Shown here piece by piece: positions 43,787 through 54,387 of a stretch of 64,000 nt of DNA. Where the stretch lies: sequence record NZ_CP099764.1, one strand, 5' to 3'. Position numbers and translations under genes: made by a program. The notes under the pieces were generated by a model. The model saw only the letters and a list, made by a program, of their open reading frames with translations, had not been told where the DNA came from and did not search any database. This DNA is from a plasmid. How positions within the stretch are numbered: the first letter of the stretch is position 1; each line of letters opens with the position of its first letter.

Positions 43787-44039
43787 GTCAGCGGCTTCTC
43801 AACTGGGCACAAGCCGGTAAAAAGTAGTCAACGACAAAACTTCAGGCCGAAAAATGAGGCTCCGGTTTCGCCGGAAACCGGACCTGCGTGGAGGGAAACC
43901 CGCAGATGATATGATATTTATCATTAATCGCATAATAAATCCTGGCCTGATATTTACAGGCAGAGAAATAAATCATTCGATATATGATTTTATCGTCATC
44001 AGCCATTAACCCCCCAGGAAGCGCGGTAATGACTCCAAC

Positions 44040-44429
44040 TTATTGATAGTGTTTTATGTTCAGATAATGCCCGATGACTTTGTCATGCAGCTCCACCGAT
44101 TTTGAGAACGACAGCGACTTCCGTCCCAGCCGTGCCAGGTGCTGCCTCAGATTCAGGTTATGCCGCTCAATTCGCTGCGTATATCGCTTGCTGATTACGT
44201 GCAGCTTTCCCTTCAGGCGGGATTCATACAGCGGCCAGCCATCCGTCATCCATATCACCACGTCAAAGGGTGACAGCAGGCTCATAAGACGCCCCAGCGT
44301 CGCCATAGTGCGTTCACCGAATACGTGCGCAACAACCGTCTTCCGGAGACTGTCATACGCGTAAAACAGCCAGCGCTGGCGCGACATAGCCCCACTGTTC
44401 GTCCATTTCCGCGCAGACGATGACGTCAC
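44040..44429 (-). CDS. insB: IS1 InsB' frame carrying an internal 11-bp deletion (N-terminal part frameshifted)
   Basis: reads [26 protein letters not shown]... where canonical InsB has ...[21 protein letters not shown]; the nucleotides ggggctaaatc are missing after tggggctatgtc. Confidence 0.75.
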   Translation of the reverse strand: MTSSSARKWTNSGAMSRQRWLFYAYDSLRKTVVAHVFGERTMATLGRLMSLLSPFDVVIWMTDGWPLYESRLKGKLHVISKRYTQRIERHNLNLRQHLARLGRKSLSFSKSVELHDKVIGHYLNIKHYQ

Positions 44430-44450
44430 TGCCCGGCTGTATGCGCGAGG

Positions 44451-44726
44451 TTACCGACTGCGGCCTGAGTTTTTTAAGTGACGTAAAATCGTGTTGAGGC
44501 CAACGCCCATAATGCGGGCAGTTACCCGGCATCCAACGCCATTCATGGCCATATCAATGATTTTCTGGTGCGTACCGGGTTGAGAAGCGGTGTAAGTGAA
44601 CTGCAGTTGCCATGTTTTACGGCAGTGAGAGCAGAGATAGCGCTGATGTCCGGCGGTGCTTTTGCCGTTACGCACCACCCCGTCAGTAGCTGAACAGGAG
44701 GGACAGCTGATAGAAACAGAAGCCAC
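44451..44726 (-). CDS. insA: IS1 InsA (91 aa)
   Basis: [91 protein letters not shown]. Confidence 0.95.
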   Translation of the reverse strand: MASVSISCPSCSATDGVVRNGKSTAGHQRYLCSHCRKTWQLQFTYTASQPGTHQKIIDMAMNGVGCRVTARIMGVGLNTILRHLKNSGRSR

Positions 44727-44776
44727 TGGAGCACCTCAAAAACACCATCATACACTAAATCAGTAAGTTGGCAGCA

Positions 44777-45676
44777 TCACCGACATCTGTTATCACTTAA
44801 CCCATTACAAGCCCGCTGCCGCAGATATTCCCGTGGCGAGCGATAACCCAGCGCACTATGCGGATGCCATTCGTTATAATGCTCGAACGCCTCTGCAAGG
44901 TTCTTTGCTGCCGTTAACCCGTCTGGTTTGGGCATGATACTGATGTAGTCACGCTTTATCGTTTTCACGAAGCTCTCTGCTATTCCGTTACTCTCCGGAC
45001 TCCGCACCGCCGTGTTCTTCGGTTCAAGTCCCAACATCCGGGCGAACTGGCGTGTTTCATTAGCCCGGTAGCATGAACCATTATCCGTCAGCCACTCCAC
45101 TGGAGACGACGGAAGATCGTTGCCGAAGCGGCGTTCCACCGCTCCCAGCATGACGTCCTGTACTGTTTCACTGTTGAAGCCGCCGGTAGTGACCGCCCAG
45201 TGCAGTGCCTCACGATCACAGCAGTCCAGCGCGAACGTGACACGCAGTCTCTCTCCGTTATCACAGCAGAACTCGAACCCGTCAGAGCACCATCGCTGAT
45301 TGCTTTCTTTCACGGCCACTCTGCCTGTATGTGCCCGTTTCGATGGCGGTACAGCAGGTTTTCGCTCAAGCAACAGCGCATTCTGGCGCATGATCCGGTA
45401 AACACGTTTGGCATTGATCGCAGGCATACCATCAAGTTCTGCCTGTCTGCGAAGCAGCGCCCATACCCGACGATAACCATACGTGGGCAGCTCTCCGATA
45501 ACATGGTGTATACGGAGAAGCACATCCGTATCATCAGTGTGACGACTGCGGCGGCCATCCATCCAGTCATCGGTTCGTCTGAGAATGACGTGCAACTGCG
45601 CACGCGACACCCGGAGACAACGGCTGACTAAGCTTACTCCCCATCCCCGGGCAATAAGGGCGCGTGCGCTATCCAC
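44777..45676 (-). CDS. insD: IS2 OrfB (InsD) transposase; the C-terminal codons run into the IS1 terminus
   Basis: 299 aa DDE transposase; its stop codon lies inside the IS1 copy A end. Confidence 0.85.
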
Positions 45677-46090
45677 TTTTTTGCCCGTCCATATTCAACG
45701 GCTTCTTTGAGGAGTTCATTTTCCATCGTTTTCTTGCCGAGCAGGCGCTGGAGTTCTTTAATCTGCTTCATGGCGGCAGCAAGTTCAGAGGCAGGAACAA
45801 CCTGTTCTCCGGCGGCGACAGCAGTAAGACTTCCTTCCTGGTATTGCTTACGCCAGAGAAATAACTGGCTGGCTGCTACACCATGTTGCCGGGCAACGAG
45901 GGAGACCGTCATCCCCGGTTCAAAGCTCTGCTGAACAATTGCGATCTTTTCCTGTGTGGTACGCCGTCTGCGTTTCTCCGGCCCTAAGACATCAATCATC
46001 TGTTCTCCAATGACTAGTCTAAAAACTAGTATTAAGACTATCACTTATTTAAGTGATATTGGTTGTCTGGAGATTCAGGGGGCCAGTCTA
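44782..46090 (-). mobile_element. IS2 lacking about 22 bp of its right terminal inverted repeat (truncated by IS1 copy A)
   Basis: left end TAGACTGGCCCCCTGAATCTCCAGACAACC (reverse complement at 46090); the other side starts directly at gacatctgttatcacttaaccc (internal IRR sequence) abutting the IS1 terminus. Confidence 0.85.
45634..45999 (-). CDS. insC: IS2 OrfA (InsC), 121 aa
   Basis: [56 protein letters not shown]... Confidence 0.9.
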
Positions 46091-46280
46091 ACTTTTTGTT
46101 AGAATACTAATTCTTTTCTTGTATTTTTTTGAGGAAATGAGCACGGAACACGACATAATCTGTAGTCAGTAAAGAGTCTATCCTCCCTGACTACAGATTA
46201 TGTCGTGTATTATATGATATCAACTTGGCTGTCAGCGGCCATGTTGATATCAGCGTACCTTTGTTGTAAAGGAATACCGG

Positions 46281-48479
46281 TCAGAACAGCACAGAGTAGT
46301 TCAGACCAAAGGTTCGGCCCCTGCCTTTGTAGTCGTACAGTGACGCTGGGCCGTAACCCGGGCTGTAGTACAGTGGTGCACGCTGCCCCCAGACAGTGGT
46401 GTAGTCACGGTCGAAGAGGTTTTCAATGCTGAAGCTGAGTGTACCCACCGGAAGCTGATAACTGCCGAGCAGATCCACGGTGGTATAGCCATCGACCTTG
46501 TAGCCCTGCGCGTCGCTCACGTCAAAGGAGGTGGTGCTCTGCACGCGCAGACTCCACGGGTCCGGTGCCCAGCCAATGTAGGCTGTCGCTTTTGATGGGC
46601 TTGCTGTCTTCACATCGTATTTCTGCCAGGTACCGTTCACTTTCGACTCAGTTTTCAGCACGTTGAAGTTCACTCCGGTACTCCAGTCAGTATCAGGAAT
46701 CAGGTAGTCCACCGCACCTTCCACGCCGTAAATACGGCGTTTGTCGTCCACCACGCTGATGGTCAGATCTTTATTCGCCACCACGCTCTTATCAGAAATC
46801 GAATAGTAGGCCGCGATTTGGGTACGCAGATTATTGCCAGTAAAGCGCCAGCCCAGCTCATAAGAATCGACTTTCACGCCTTCCAGCTTGCTGTCGCTGA
46901 CGTTCACACTCTTTGTTAGAGGAAGATGGCCGTTCACTGCAGCACCATAGATGCCGCGACCATAGTATTTACCCGGGTCCGGCAGCTCCACGCCCTGGGA
47001 GAAGTTGAGCCATGCCTGCTGGCGTTCGGTGATGTGCATCAGCAGACCGGCGTTGAACAGGAAGTTGTCGTAATCGACTGAGCCGCCAGGAATGGCGTCG
47101 GCGGATGTAGCCTTCCCGGCGGCAATCTGCCGTTGCTGCGCGTAGCCGATGAAATCATCAATCTTGTTTTCAGTGTACTGATAGCGTACGCCACCGTTGA
47201 GGGTAAAGAGATTATTGATGTCATAGCCTGATTGCAGGAAGGCCGCCAGGTTGGTGATGTCATACGACGGATAGCGCCCGGTGGTGTAAATCTTCTTGTT
47301 GTTCAGCCCTCCGGAAGCGCTTGCCTGAGCCAGGTCGAAGAACATCTGGTTGGAGGTAAAGCGCTCATGATCAGCATCCAGCCCCCAGGTGATTTGCCAG
47401 CCGTCCATCGGTTTGCTGTTCAGAGTCAGTTTCATGCCGTACTGGTCGGTGTCCTGCTGTGACGAAGAGAAAGCCGTCACCTGTTTGTTCGCATTTACCG
47501 TCGGGAACGGGTAGAATCGCAACGACTCATCGCGGTAGTAAACCTGACCGACCAGCTCCTGTCCCAGAAAAGCGCTGTCAGAGTACTGCAGGCTGATCAA
47601 ATGCCGCTCAGTGCCGGGAATACGGTCGGAATTCAGCCCGTTACTGACGAATGGCGTGCTGGTCCCTCTGATGGCAGAGAAGCCTTTCCCGAGATTAAGC
47701 CCGTAATCGTCGTCGCCCTGGCTTTTATAGTACTGTGTGATCAACTGAAGCTGCCGGGATTCATCGATGTTCAGCGTACCAGTTCCCATGATGTCCAGCC
47801 GATCGGAGTACTGCAGGCCGGTCTGGGTGTTATCAAGCAAGGTGGCATCGCCGTTACCGTCAAACCAGCCGCCAAATTTCTGATATGCCACGGAAAGACG
47901 TCCGGAGATATGCTCATTTCCGCCGGAGACAGCTCCGGCAATGCGTTCATCGTGATCTTTACTGCTGCTAAAGCCACTTTTGGTGCCAGCCTCAAACTCC
48001 ATCATGGTTTCCGGCTGGCCTTTTTTGGTCACGATGTTGATCAGGCCACCGGTACTGCCGCCGCCGTACAGGGACGTCGCACCGGAGATCACTTCAATAT
48101 GGTCGATATTAAAAGGATCTATAGAGTCCAGTTGTCGGCTGTCGGTACGTGAAGAGTTGAGACGCACGCCGTCAACCAGCACGACCAGCGGGCGGCCACG
48201 CACATTCATACCGTAGTTGGTGCGGCTCCGGCTGCTGACGTCAAGGCCAGGGATCAGCTGAGCCAGTGCGTCTTTAAGCTCTTTGCCGCCCTGAATCTGC
48301 TGTTCCAGTTCGGCGTTTTCGATAACCCAGGTGGTTTGCGCCATCTCCGCTACGGTGCGATTGCTGCGGTTGGCAGACACCACGAACGTTTCATCATCGG
48401 TTTGTTGAGCGACTGCTGGCGCCATCATGGTAAGAAGCAGTGGGTTGAGAGCCCAAAGCGTATACTTTTTGCTTATCAT
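46281..48479 (-). CDS. iutA: IutA, TonB-dependent ferric-aerobactin outer-membrane receptor (732 aa)
   Basis: TonB box and plug/beta-barrel, C-terminal ...GLNYSVLF; follows iucD. Confidence 0.95.
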   Translation of the reverse strand: MISKKYTLWALNPLLLTMMAPAVAQQTDDETFVVSANRSNRTVAEMAQTTWVIENAELEQQIQGGKELKDALAQLIPGLDVSSRSRTNYGMNVRGRPLVVLVDGVRLNSSRTDSRQLDSIDPFNIDHIEVISGATSLYGGGSTGGLINIVTKKGQPETMMEFEAGTKSGFSSSKDHDERIAGAVSGGNEHISGRLSVAYQKFGGWFDGNGDATLLDNTQTGLQYSDRLDIMGTGTLNIDESRQLQLITQYYKSQGDDDYGLNLGKGFSAIRGTSTPFVSNGLNSDRIPGTERHLISLQYSDSAFLGQELVGQVYYRDESLRFYPFPTVNANKQVTAFSSSQQDTDQYGMKLTLNSKPMDGWQITWGLDADHERFTSNQMFFDLAQASASGGLNNKKIYTTGRYPSYDITNLAAFLQSGYDINNLFTLNGGVRYQYTENKIDDFIGYAQQRQIAAGKATSADAIPGGSVDYDNFLFNAGLLMHITERQQAWLNFSQGVELPDPGKYYGRGIYGAAVNGHLPLTKSVNVSDSKLEGVKVDSYELGWRFTGNNLRTQIAAYYSISDKSVVANKDLTISVVDDKRRIYGVEGAVDYLIPDTDWSTGVNFNVLKTESKVNGTWQKYDVKTASPSKATAYIGWAPDPWSLRVQSTTSFDVSDAQGYKVDGYTTVDLLGSYQLPVGTLSFSIENLFDRDYTTVWGQRAPLYYSPGYGPASLYDYKGRGRTFGLNYSVLF

Positions 48480-48563
48480 CATTATTCCTCCATACGGGCG
48501 GAAAAAATCAGCCCAAAGATGCTGTGTAGCGAGTTAAAGAAGCAGCCTCCGGCTGCGTTTTCC

Positions 48564-49841
48564 CTAGGTGCCGCTGCGCCACTGAATCAGGGCGGGCGGC
48601 ATACTGAGATCGAATAAATCACGTCCCATTACGCGATTAAGAATACGTGCAGATCTCCATGCCATCAGGCTGAGCTGGGGTTCGGCGATGCCATGGGTTT
48701 GCATACTGGCGTTGACCACGAAGATGTTGTTCTCTTTCGGGCCACTCCATTCCAGAGTGAAGTCATCACGCACTTTAAAGGTGTTCTTATCGTGCATGGT
48801 GATCAGGGGCATCAGTGAGGGAAGTATTTGTGGCAACGCAGAACGGTAACCTGTGGCGAAAATCACCACATCACTTTCCAGGCTCTCCCTGCCCTGATCC
48901 AGATGATGCTCCATCAGCAACTTCCAGCCAGGACCACTACTTTCCAGAGTTGTTACCGAGCGGCTGGGTAGCAGACGGATATTTCTTGGTTTTCTCAGAA
49001 CTTCAAAACGGTGGTACAACTCACGATAAATGGTCAGTAAAGAATCGGCAGTGATGCCATCCGATGTCATTTTCTGCTCATCCAGTAACTGATGGCGAAT
49101 ATCTTCCTCCAGTCCGGAGAAGCCTGAAATATATTCAGGTGTAAAATACTCATCAGCAAAAGCAGCCTCATCCAGTGCGTTAAAATTATTACGCCGGGAG
49201 ACCCAGTTTATTTCCGCCGCTTCTCCCCATTCCCCGCGTAATGCATTAAGGAACAGGTCTGCACCACTCTGTCCTCCACCAACCACGGTTATCCGTTTTC
49301 CACTAAGGTCCGGCCGACGAAGATTCATTTCACTGGCATGGAAACAGGATTGTGTCATATGCTTCACACAGGGTGGTAAATAAGGTTGTTTTCCTGTACC
49401 AAGGCAGATATTGCGGGCAAAATATTCTCCCTGGCTGGTTTGCACCAGAAACAATCGACGTTTTTTATCGAAATCAATGTTTTCAACGGTATGACTGAAA
49501 TACAGGTTATTCATATCTTCAGCAGCCCAGCGGAGGTAGTCAGAAAACTCTTCACGGGATACTGTACGTAGTCTGCTTGTAAGGAAGCGATAGAACTTTT
49601 TGTGCTTCACCAGATAGTTAACAAAACTGTAGGGATTTGTAGGTGCAACAGCACTGACCAGATCTTTCAGAAAGACGGTCTGCATATGACAATCCGGTAC
49701 CAGCATACCCGGATGCCAGGAAAAATGAGGATGTTCATCAAAGAAGAGACAGTCCAGTTCTTCGATCTGATGTGACAACGCAGCAATGCTGAGATTAAAT
49801 GGCCCTGTCCCTACACCAATAAAATCGACACTTTTTTTCAT
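48564..49841 (-). CDS. iucD: IucD, L-lysine N6-monooxygenase (425 aa)
   Basis: FAD/NADPH motifs GVGTGPFNLSIA and VVGGGQSGADLF. Confidence 0.95.
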   Translation of the reverse strand: MKKSVDFIGVGTGPFNLSIAALSHQIEELDCLFFDEHPHFSWHPGMLVPDCHMQTVFLKDLVSAVAPTNPYSFVNYLVKHKKFYRFLTSRLRTVSREEFSDYLRWAAEDMNNLYFSHTVENIDFDKKRRLFLVQTSQGEYFARNICLGTGKQPYLPPCVKHMTQSCFHASEMNLRRPDLSGKRITVVGGGQSGADLFLNALRGEWGEAAEINWVSRRNNFNALDEAAFADEYFTPEYISGFSGLEEDIRHQLLDEQKMTSDGITADSLLTIYRELYHRFEVLRKPRNIRLLPSRSVTTLESSGPGWKLLMEHHLDQGRESLESDVVIFATGYRSALPQILPSLMPLITMHDKNTFKVRDDFTLEWSGPKENNIFVVNASMQTHGIAEPQLSLMAWRSARILNRVMGRDLFDLSMPPALIQWRSGT

Positions 49842-51580
49842 GATTCATATTCCTGAGTTACCAGCCACAGCGGATTTTGCAGATCCTCAAGGTAATTCGG
49901 CAGCATGCGGCTGCCGCCATCCAGATCAGGCCAGGTCAGTTTTACCGGGTTCAGCACCACGCGAATGATTTGTGGCCTGAAAAGTGAGAAAAGCGCAAAA
50001 CGCTCTGACATTTGTGGATGTTTTTTCATGTAATCACTCAACACTGCTGCCAGCAGTTGATAAAATCGCCTTTCAGGTACGCCAAGACGAACCATCAGTG
50101 GCGAAATAAAACGCAGTACTGTCACGAAGTGACCCGTCTGCAAATCATGGATTAAGTAGTCCGCACTCAGGCGGGATGTAACATCACGAACCTCCTGAGG
50201 CAAAGAGTCCATTTCGGGGAACTCTTCTTTCACCAGTCGCATATCGCCCTGGAAGTCTTTCAGCAGAACACGCTGTGGAACCCCCTCTTTCATGGCGAGA
50301 GTTATATTTTGTCCATGTGCAATAAGCGCGACACCGTAGCGGCAAAGCAGGTGATACAGAGGAACCACGACCACCCGGAACAGTTGCGTAAGCCAGGTTT
50401 CAGCGTCCAGCCCGGAGCGGTCTATATATGCGCCTGCCAGCGGCTGATTGTTTTCGTCGCACTCCATCAGTGTTGCCATCAGAACCGGACTTTCATCCGG
50501 TTTCAGCCAGCGGCACGGATTCTCCCGCCAGATAACACCAAGCATTTCCTGGTAGCGATAGGGAGCCCGGGCAAGCGCGGCATAGCCTTCATGGGAGACA
50601 TAGCCTGCAGCCGGTTCACCAAGTATCACTGCGCCGCTTTGCACTAGGGTGGCGTCGGTCGCAAAAACCTGTTGTAGCCAGCGTGAAGCCAGTGGTCCGG
50701 CAGCGATGTATCTGCCAGGGATCCCCCGGTAGCATGAGGTGTTGTAGATGGTCAGCGGCAGCTTGATATCCAGCCCGCCCCGGCGACTGGCGTTGGTCAG
50801 GGTACGCAGCGACTGCTGGGCGAGCCACTGGTCGCCAAACTCGCCGAGAGACACCATCCTGCCTTCGGCAAAATCAGCGATGAAGTCGGTAGCGATTTTT
50901 TGCTGCCACTGCCACGGATGTACCGGCAGCGGCAGCCAGTTATGATCCAGTCCGTTTTCCTGCCAGACCTGACTGAAGCGGGCAAACTCCTGCGGATCCA
51001 TTGCGGCCGTCAACAACTGATGAATATCCATCTCGTTATCACAGCGCCAGATCATATGTTCACGTTTTACCGCCAGCCAGTGCAGTCTGAAGGTGTTGGC
51101 ATACTCTGGCGCATATCGTTCCAGCGCCTCTTTACCCCAGCCACGGCGACCTTTATTAAAAACGAATTTAGGATGACCGCTCAGCAGGCATTGCAGGCGG
51201 TCGGCATTAAGATTAATCAGGTCACTGGCGCTCAGCCCGCGACGGGCTTTCAGTAGTTGCAGGTCGCCCAGCAGCGTGGCATACAAATCCTGCATATGCT
51301 CAGCAACGGTTGCATCGCTCATTGACAGTACCTGCTTTAGCTGCATCAGCAGCGTCTGAGCCAGTACTGGCTCGTCCGCGCAGCGCAGAGTTTGAGCATC
51401 AATCCAGAGCCAGCCCCAGATACCACGTTCAGCGATGAAGCGCCATTGTGCTCCCGGCAGGTTAATGCAGTAGCGGTCATCGCCCTGAGATTCCGCGTGG
51501 AAAACCTGCTCATACTCCAGCTCAGACAACATTTTTGCCACCAGGCGGCGGTTGACCAAATCCCAGTCTTTGTGATTCAT
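49838..51580 (-). CDS. iucC: IucC, aerobactin synthase (580 aa)
   Basis: IucA/IucC family, 580 aa. Confidence 0.95.
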   Translation of the reverse strand: MNHKDWDLVNRRLVAKMLSELEYEQVFHAESQGDDRYCINLPGAQWRFIAERGIWGWLWIDAQTLRCADEPVLAQTLLMQLKQVLSMSDATVAEHMQDLYATLLGDLQLLKARRGLSASDLINLNADRLQCLLSGHPKFVFNKGRRGWGKEALERYAPEYANTFRLHWLAVKREHMIWRCDNEMDIHQLLTAAMDPQEFARFSQVWQENGLDHNWLPLPVHPWQWQQKIATDFIADFAEGRMVSLGEFGDQWLAQQSLRTLTNASRRGGLDIKLPLTIYNTSCYRGIPGRYIAAGPLASRWLQQVFATDATLVQSGAVILGEPAAGYVSHEGYAALARAPYRYQEMLGVIWRENPCRWLKPDESPVLMATLMECDENNQPLAGAYIDRSGLDAETWLTQLFRVVVVPLYHLLCRYGVALIAHGQNITLAMKEGVPQRVLLKDFQGDMRLVKEEFPEMDSLPQEVRDVTSRLSADYLIHDLQTGHFVTVLRFISPLMVRLGVPERRFYQLLAAVLSDYMKKHPQMSERFALFSLFRPQIIRVVLNPVKLTWPDLDGGSRMLPNYLEDLQNPLWLVTQEYES

Positions 51581-52527
51581 TACAGACCGACCTCCGTGAA
51601 GAAGTGATGACGATCCGCCATCACCATGCGCGAGCGTTTATGTGGGAAGTCGAACTCTTTAATTGTCCGGTATCCCGCAGGCTCAAGATGGCGGAACAGG
51701 CGCTGGTTATCGGTGCGTGGCTCCAGTACTGTGCGCTGCGTACGTGGCTCATTCAGCAGCAGGTAATGTGTCACCCCGCGCAGCCAGCTTTGCACATAGT
51801 GGGCTCCGCGCCATTGCTGTTCACCAACCAGCAGATGCAGGCCACGGTCAAAGGGCTGCCACGAATAGTGGCGACCAATGCGGTCTTCCGCCGCCCAGTA
51901 GATTTCGAAATAACTGAACGGCCGATCGTCGAAACAACCAATCAGCGGGAATGCATGTTTACTGGTGAGCTGGCGTTCCAGATAGGCGATCTGTACCTCC
52001 AGTGAGCCACTTTGCTCCCAGAAATACTCAACGCGCGGATCGTTCATCCAGCGAGTGAAACGTTCTGCATCAGAAACGGGATCGGCAATGCGGAAACTCA
52101 GCATCCTGCGAATGCGTGGATCGTAACGACGATAAACTTCACCCTGCGGACGGGGGGGGCGCTGCGGGAAATAAATCTCACGCTCTGCATCAAAAACCAT
52201 TTCACCGGAGGCCCGGTTTGCCGGAGAACTCAGCCATAACGGTAACTGCCAGAAAGCGGAACGATGGATAATGTCGCTTTGTACCTGTCCGAAAAGCGTC
52301 AGCGCCTGTGGCTCCTCACACCATTCGGACCAGGGAAGAACCACTGCTGAAAGTTGTGGTGCGGCGATAAATATCTGATCCAGCGCGTCGCACAGCCACC
52401 CTGTTGGCAGCTCCCCGGGCCAGTGCAACACCGCGCTATTGTCCAGCCCCCAGCCAAGATTCAGAGGCTTGTCGAGTTTTTCACAGCGCAGTCCATATCC
52501 GCTGTGAACAATGTTTGCCCCAGACAT
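51580..52527 (-). CDS. iucB: IucB, N6-hydroxylysine O-acetyltransferase (315 aa)
   Basis: 315 aa, position in the operon. Confidence 0.95.
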   Translation of the reverse strand: MSGANIVHSGYGLRCEKLDKPLNLGWGLDNSAVLHWPGELPTGWLCDALDQIFIAAPQLSAVVLPWSEWCEEPQALTLFGQVQSDIIHRSAFWQLPLWLSSPANRASGEMVFDAEREIYFPQRPPRPQGEVYRRYDPRIRRMLSFRIADPVSDAERFTRWMNDPRVEYFWEQSGSLEVQIAYLERQLTSKHAFPLIGCFDDRPFSYFEIYWAAEDRIGRHYSWQPFDRGLHLLVGEQQWRGAHYVQSWLRGVTHYLLLNEPRTQRTVLEPRTDNQRLFRHLEPAGYRTIKEFDFPHKRSRMVMADRHHFFTEVGL

Positions 52528-54252
52528 TCAGACCTCCTGAGCCTGCAGCGGGTTAGCGAAATCAAAATAGATCACCGAAGGGTCAACGATGGTGTTCTCG
52601 TTATGATCGTTCAGATAACAGAAAAAGTTACCTTTTACGTTCCAGTACGGACTTTCCAGAACATAGTTGAGACAGGTTTTATGAGTCACCTGGTCACGCA
52701 CTTCAGCCAGCAATGTTCGTACACGAGCCATCAGATTCGCTTCGCTGTCCAGCCCGGCAGCACCCAGCGCAGCAGTTACGGCAAAAGTGGAGTTAACCAG
52801 CAGGTAATAAGGGAAATAGCGCAGCAACTGCTCACGGGTGAAAATATTTTCCGCCTGCGCCTCGTCAATGGTATCGAGCCACTCTGTCGCGTGAGGCATA
52901 AACGCGCTGCCCTGGCAGTCACGGTAAATAAATCCGACCGGCAGATCCCCAAGCATCTGCACAAGAATATTTTGCTGATGCGCCAGCAGCACCAGGCCGT
53001 AATCCGCTTCAGCCGTAAACAGAGGCTTCAGCACCTGCTGACAGTAAGCATCGACCCATGCGTGGGCGGCCTGTTGCACAGTGATACCGAGGCGATCGCT
53101 CAGGCGTTTTACCGCCGAAACCAGCAGCGAATCACCGCCATCCGGTGCGGCCTGAGTCAGGGAAACCAGAACGTTGGTCTGGCTTTGCGGCTGCTCCAGC
53201 AGCAGGTTTTCACGCAGGGAAAACAAACTTTCCTGCATGATGTTGCCGTTAAGATCGCGCAGCCCGGCCCAGCCGTCCTCCTGCATTACCCGGAAAGTAG
53301 GGAAGCGGGCCTGTAGCATCTGCCAGCCGTCGGTTTGCGCCAGACGTGCCAGGCGCATTCCTCGCTCCACCTCTTTCACAGACAGAGTACGGACGGAGTT
53401 GGTCAGCCGAACGCTCAGGGAGAACTTGATCATATCGCGGCTGGTAGCACAGTAGAGGGAGCGGGAAGAGGTGGTCGGCAGCCACGACGTGCCGGCCTCG
53501 CCTAAGTCTCTGATAAGTCCTTTAGCAAAAAGTGCCTGGCACCACACTTGCTGCAAAAGATATTCTCCCTGCCACGGGTGCAGCGGGAACAGCCATTGAT
53601 TGTCACTTAATTCGTTGAGTAACTGGGGCGCATTTTCTGCGGCAAATCGCGTCAACCGCTGTTGAAGGTTAAGATGCAGACTTTCACCAGCGATTTGCGT
53701 TTTATCCACCGAAAACCACCGCAGCGGGAAGTGAGGTGCCATGTCAGGCAGGTATCGTTCAGCTTCCTGGCGGTTAAACGGTTCATGAGACTTAGGTGCA
53801 GGGTGGAAAGCGTGTCCTGTCAGCAGTGCCTGCTCAGCCTCGCCAAAATTCAACGCTTTTTCACGCAGGATGGCCCAGTCATGGCGGGCATCAATTGTCT
53901 GTTGCGTATGGGCGTAGCTTTCCAGCACGCGTTGGTGGAAAGTTTCGCAGAGGGGAACTGGCAGAAAAAGTTGATGCCGGAGCTTATCAATAATAAGCCG
54001 GGAGAGAGTGGTAAAGTCGACAGGATAACTGCCTGATGCCGTGACCAGATGAGCAGGAAATGCAAAGCGGTGATGCTGGGTTGGGGAGAAATAAGCCACT
54101 CTGAAATGGAGCGACTTCTGTTCGTCCAGCGGGATAATCAATTCGTCTGGCGGGTATTCCGCCAGTTGCCAGTCTTTGGTTTCACGAATCAAGGCATTCA
54201 GGAAGCACTGCGCAGCCACATCTGTGGCGGATTTTTCAGAGGGCAGGATCAT
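52528..54252 (-). CDS. iucA: IucA, N2-citryl-N6-acetyl-N6-hydroxylysine synthase (574 aa from MILPSEKSATD)
   Basis: IucA/IucC family; the 574-aa start is placed 10 bp downstream of the Fur box. Confidence 0.95.
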   Translation of the reverse strand: MILPSEKSATDVAAQCFLNALIRETKDWQLAEYPPDELIIPLDEQKSLHFRVAYFSPTQHHRFAFPAHLVTASGSYPVDFTTLSRLIIDKLRHQLFLPVPLCETFHQRVLESYAHTQQTIDARHDWAILREKALNFGEAEQALLTGHAFHPAPKSHEPFNRQEAERYLPDMAPHFPLRWFSVDKTQIAGESLHLNLQQRLTRFAAENAPQLLNELSDNQWLFPLHPWQGEYLLQQVWCQALFAKGLIRDLGEAGTSWLPTTSSRSLYCATSRDMIKFSLSVRLTNSVRTLSVKEVERGMRLARLAQTDGWQMLQARFPTFRVMQEDGWAGLRDLNGNIMQESLFSLRENLLLEQPQSQTNVLVSLTQAAPDGGDSLLVSAVKRLSDRLGITVQQAAHAWVDAYCQQVLKPLFTAEADYGLVLLAHQQNILVQMLGDLPVGFIYRDCQGSAFMPHATEWLDTIDEAQAENIFTREQLLRYFPYYLLVNSTFAVTAALGAAGLDSEANLMARVRTLLAEVRDQVTHKTCLNYVLESPYWNVKGNFFCYLNDHNENTIVDPSVIYFDFANPLQAQEV

Positions 54253-54262
54253 AATCAAACAG

Positions 54263-54303
54263 CTCCTACACAGTAAAATAATAACAATTATGTCAATAAT
54301 GAT
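54263..54303 (-). promoter_or_regulatory. aerobactin promoter P1 with Fur boxes
   Basis: minus strand GATAATGAGAATCATTATTGACATAATTGTTATTATTTTAC. Confidence 0.85.
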
Positions 54304-54387
54304 TCTCATTATCAATGAGAAATGTTATTGTCAGAAAAATTAATTTTACAAATAAACACAATTAATACATGGTGTTGAAACATTACA

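Larger units (their letters stand above)
44025..44781 (-). mobile_element. IS1 copy A (757 bp; 11 bp shorter than canonical IS1)
   Basis: ends GGTAATGACTCCAACTTATTGATAGTG and ...ATCAGTAAGTTGGCAGCATCACC; the insA and insB' frames are present. Confidence 0.9.
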
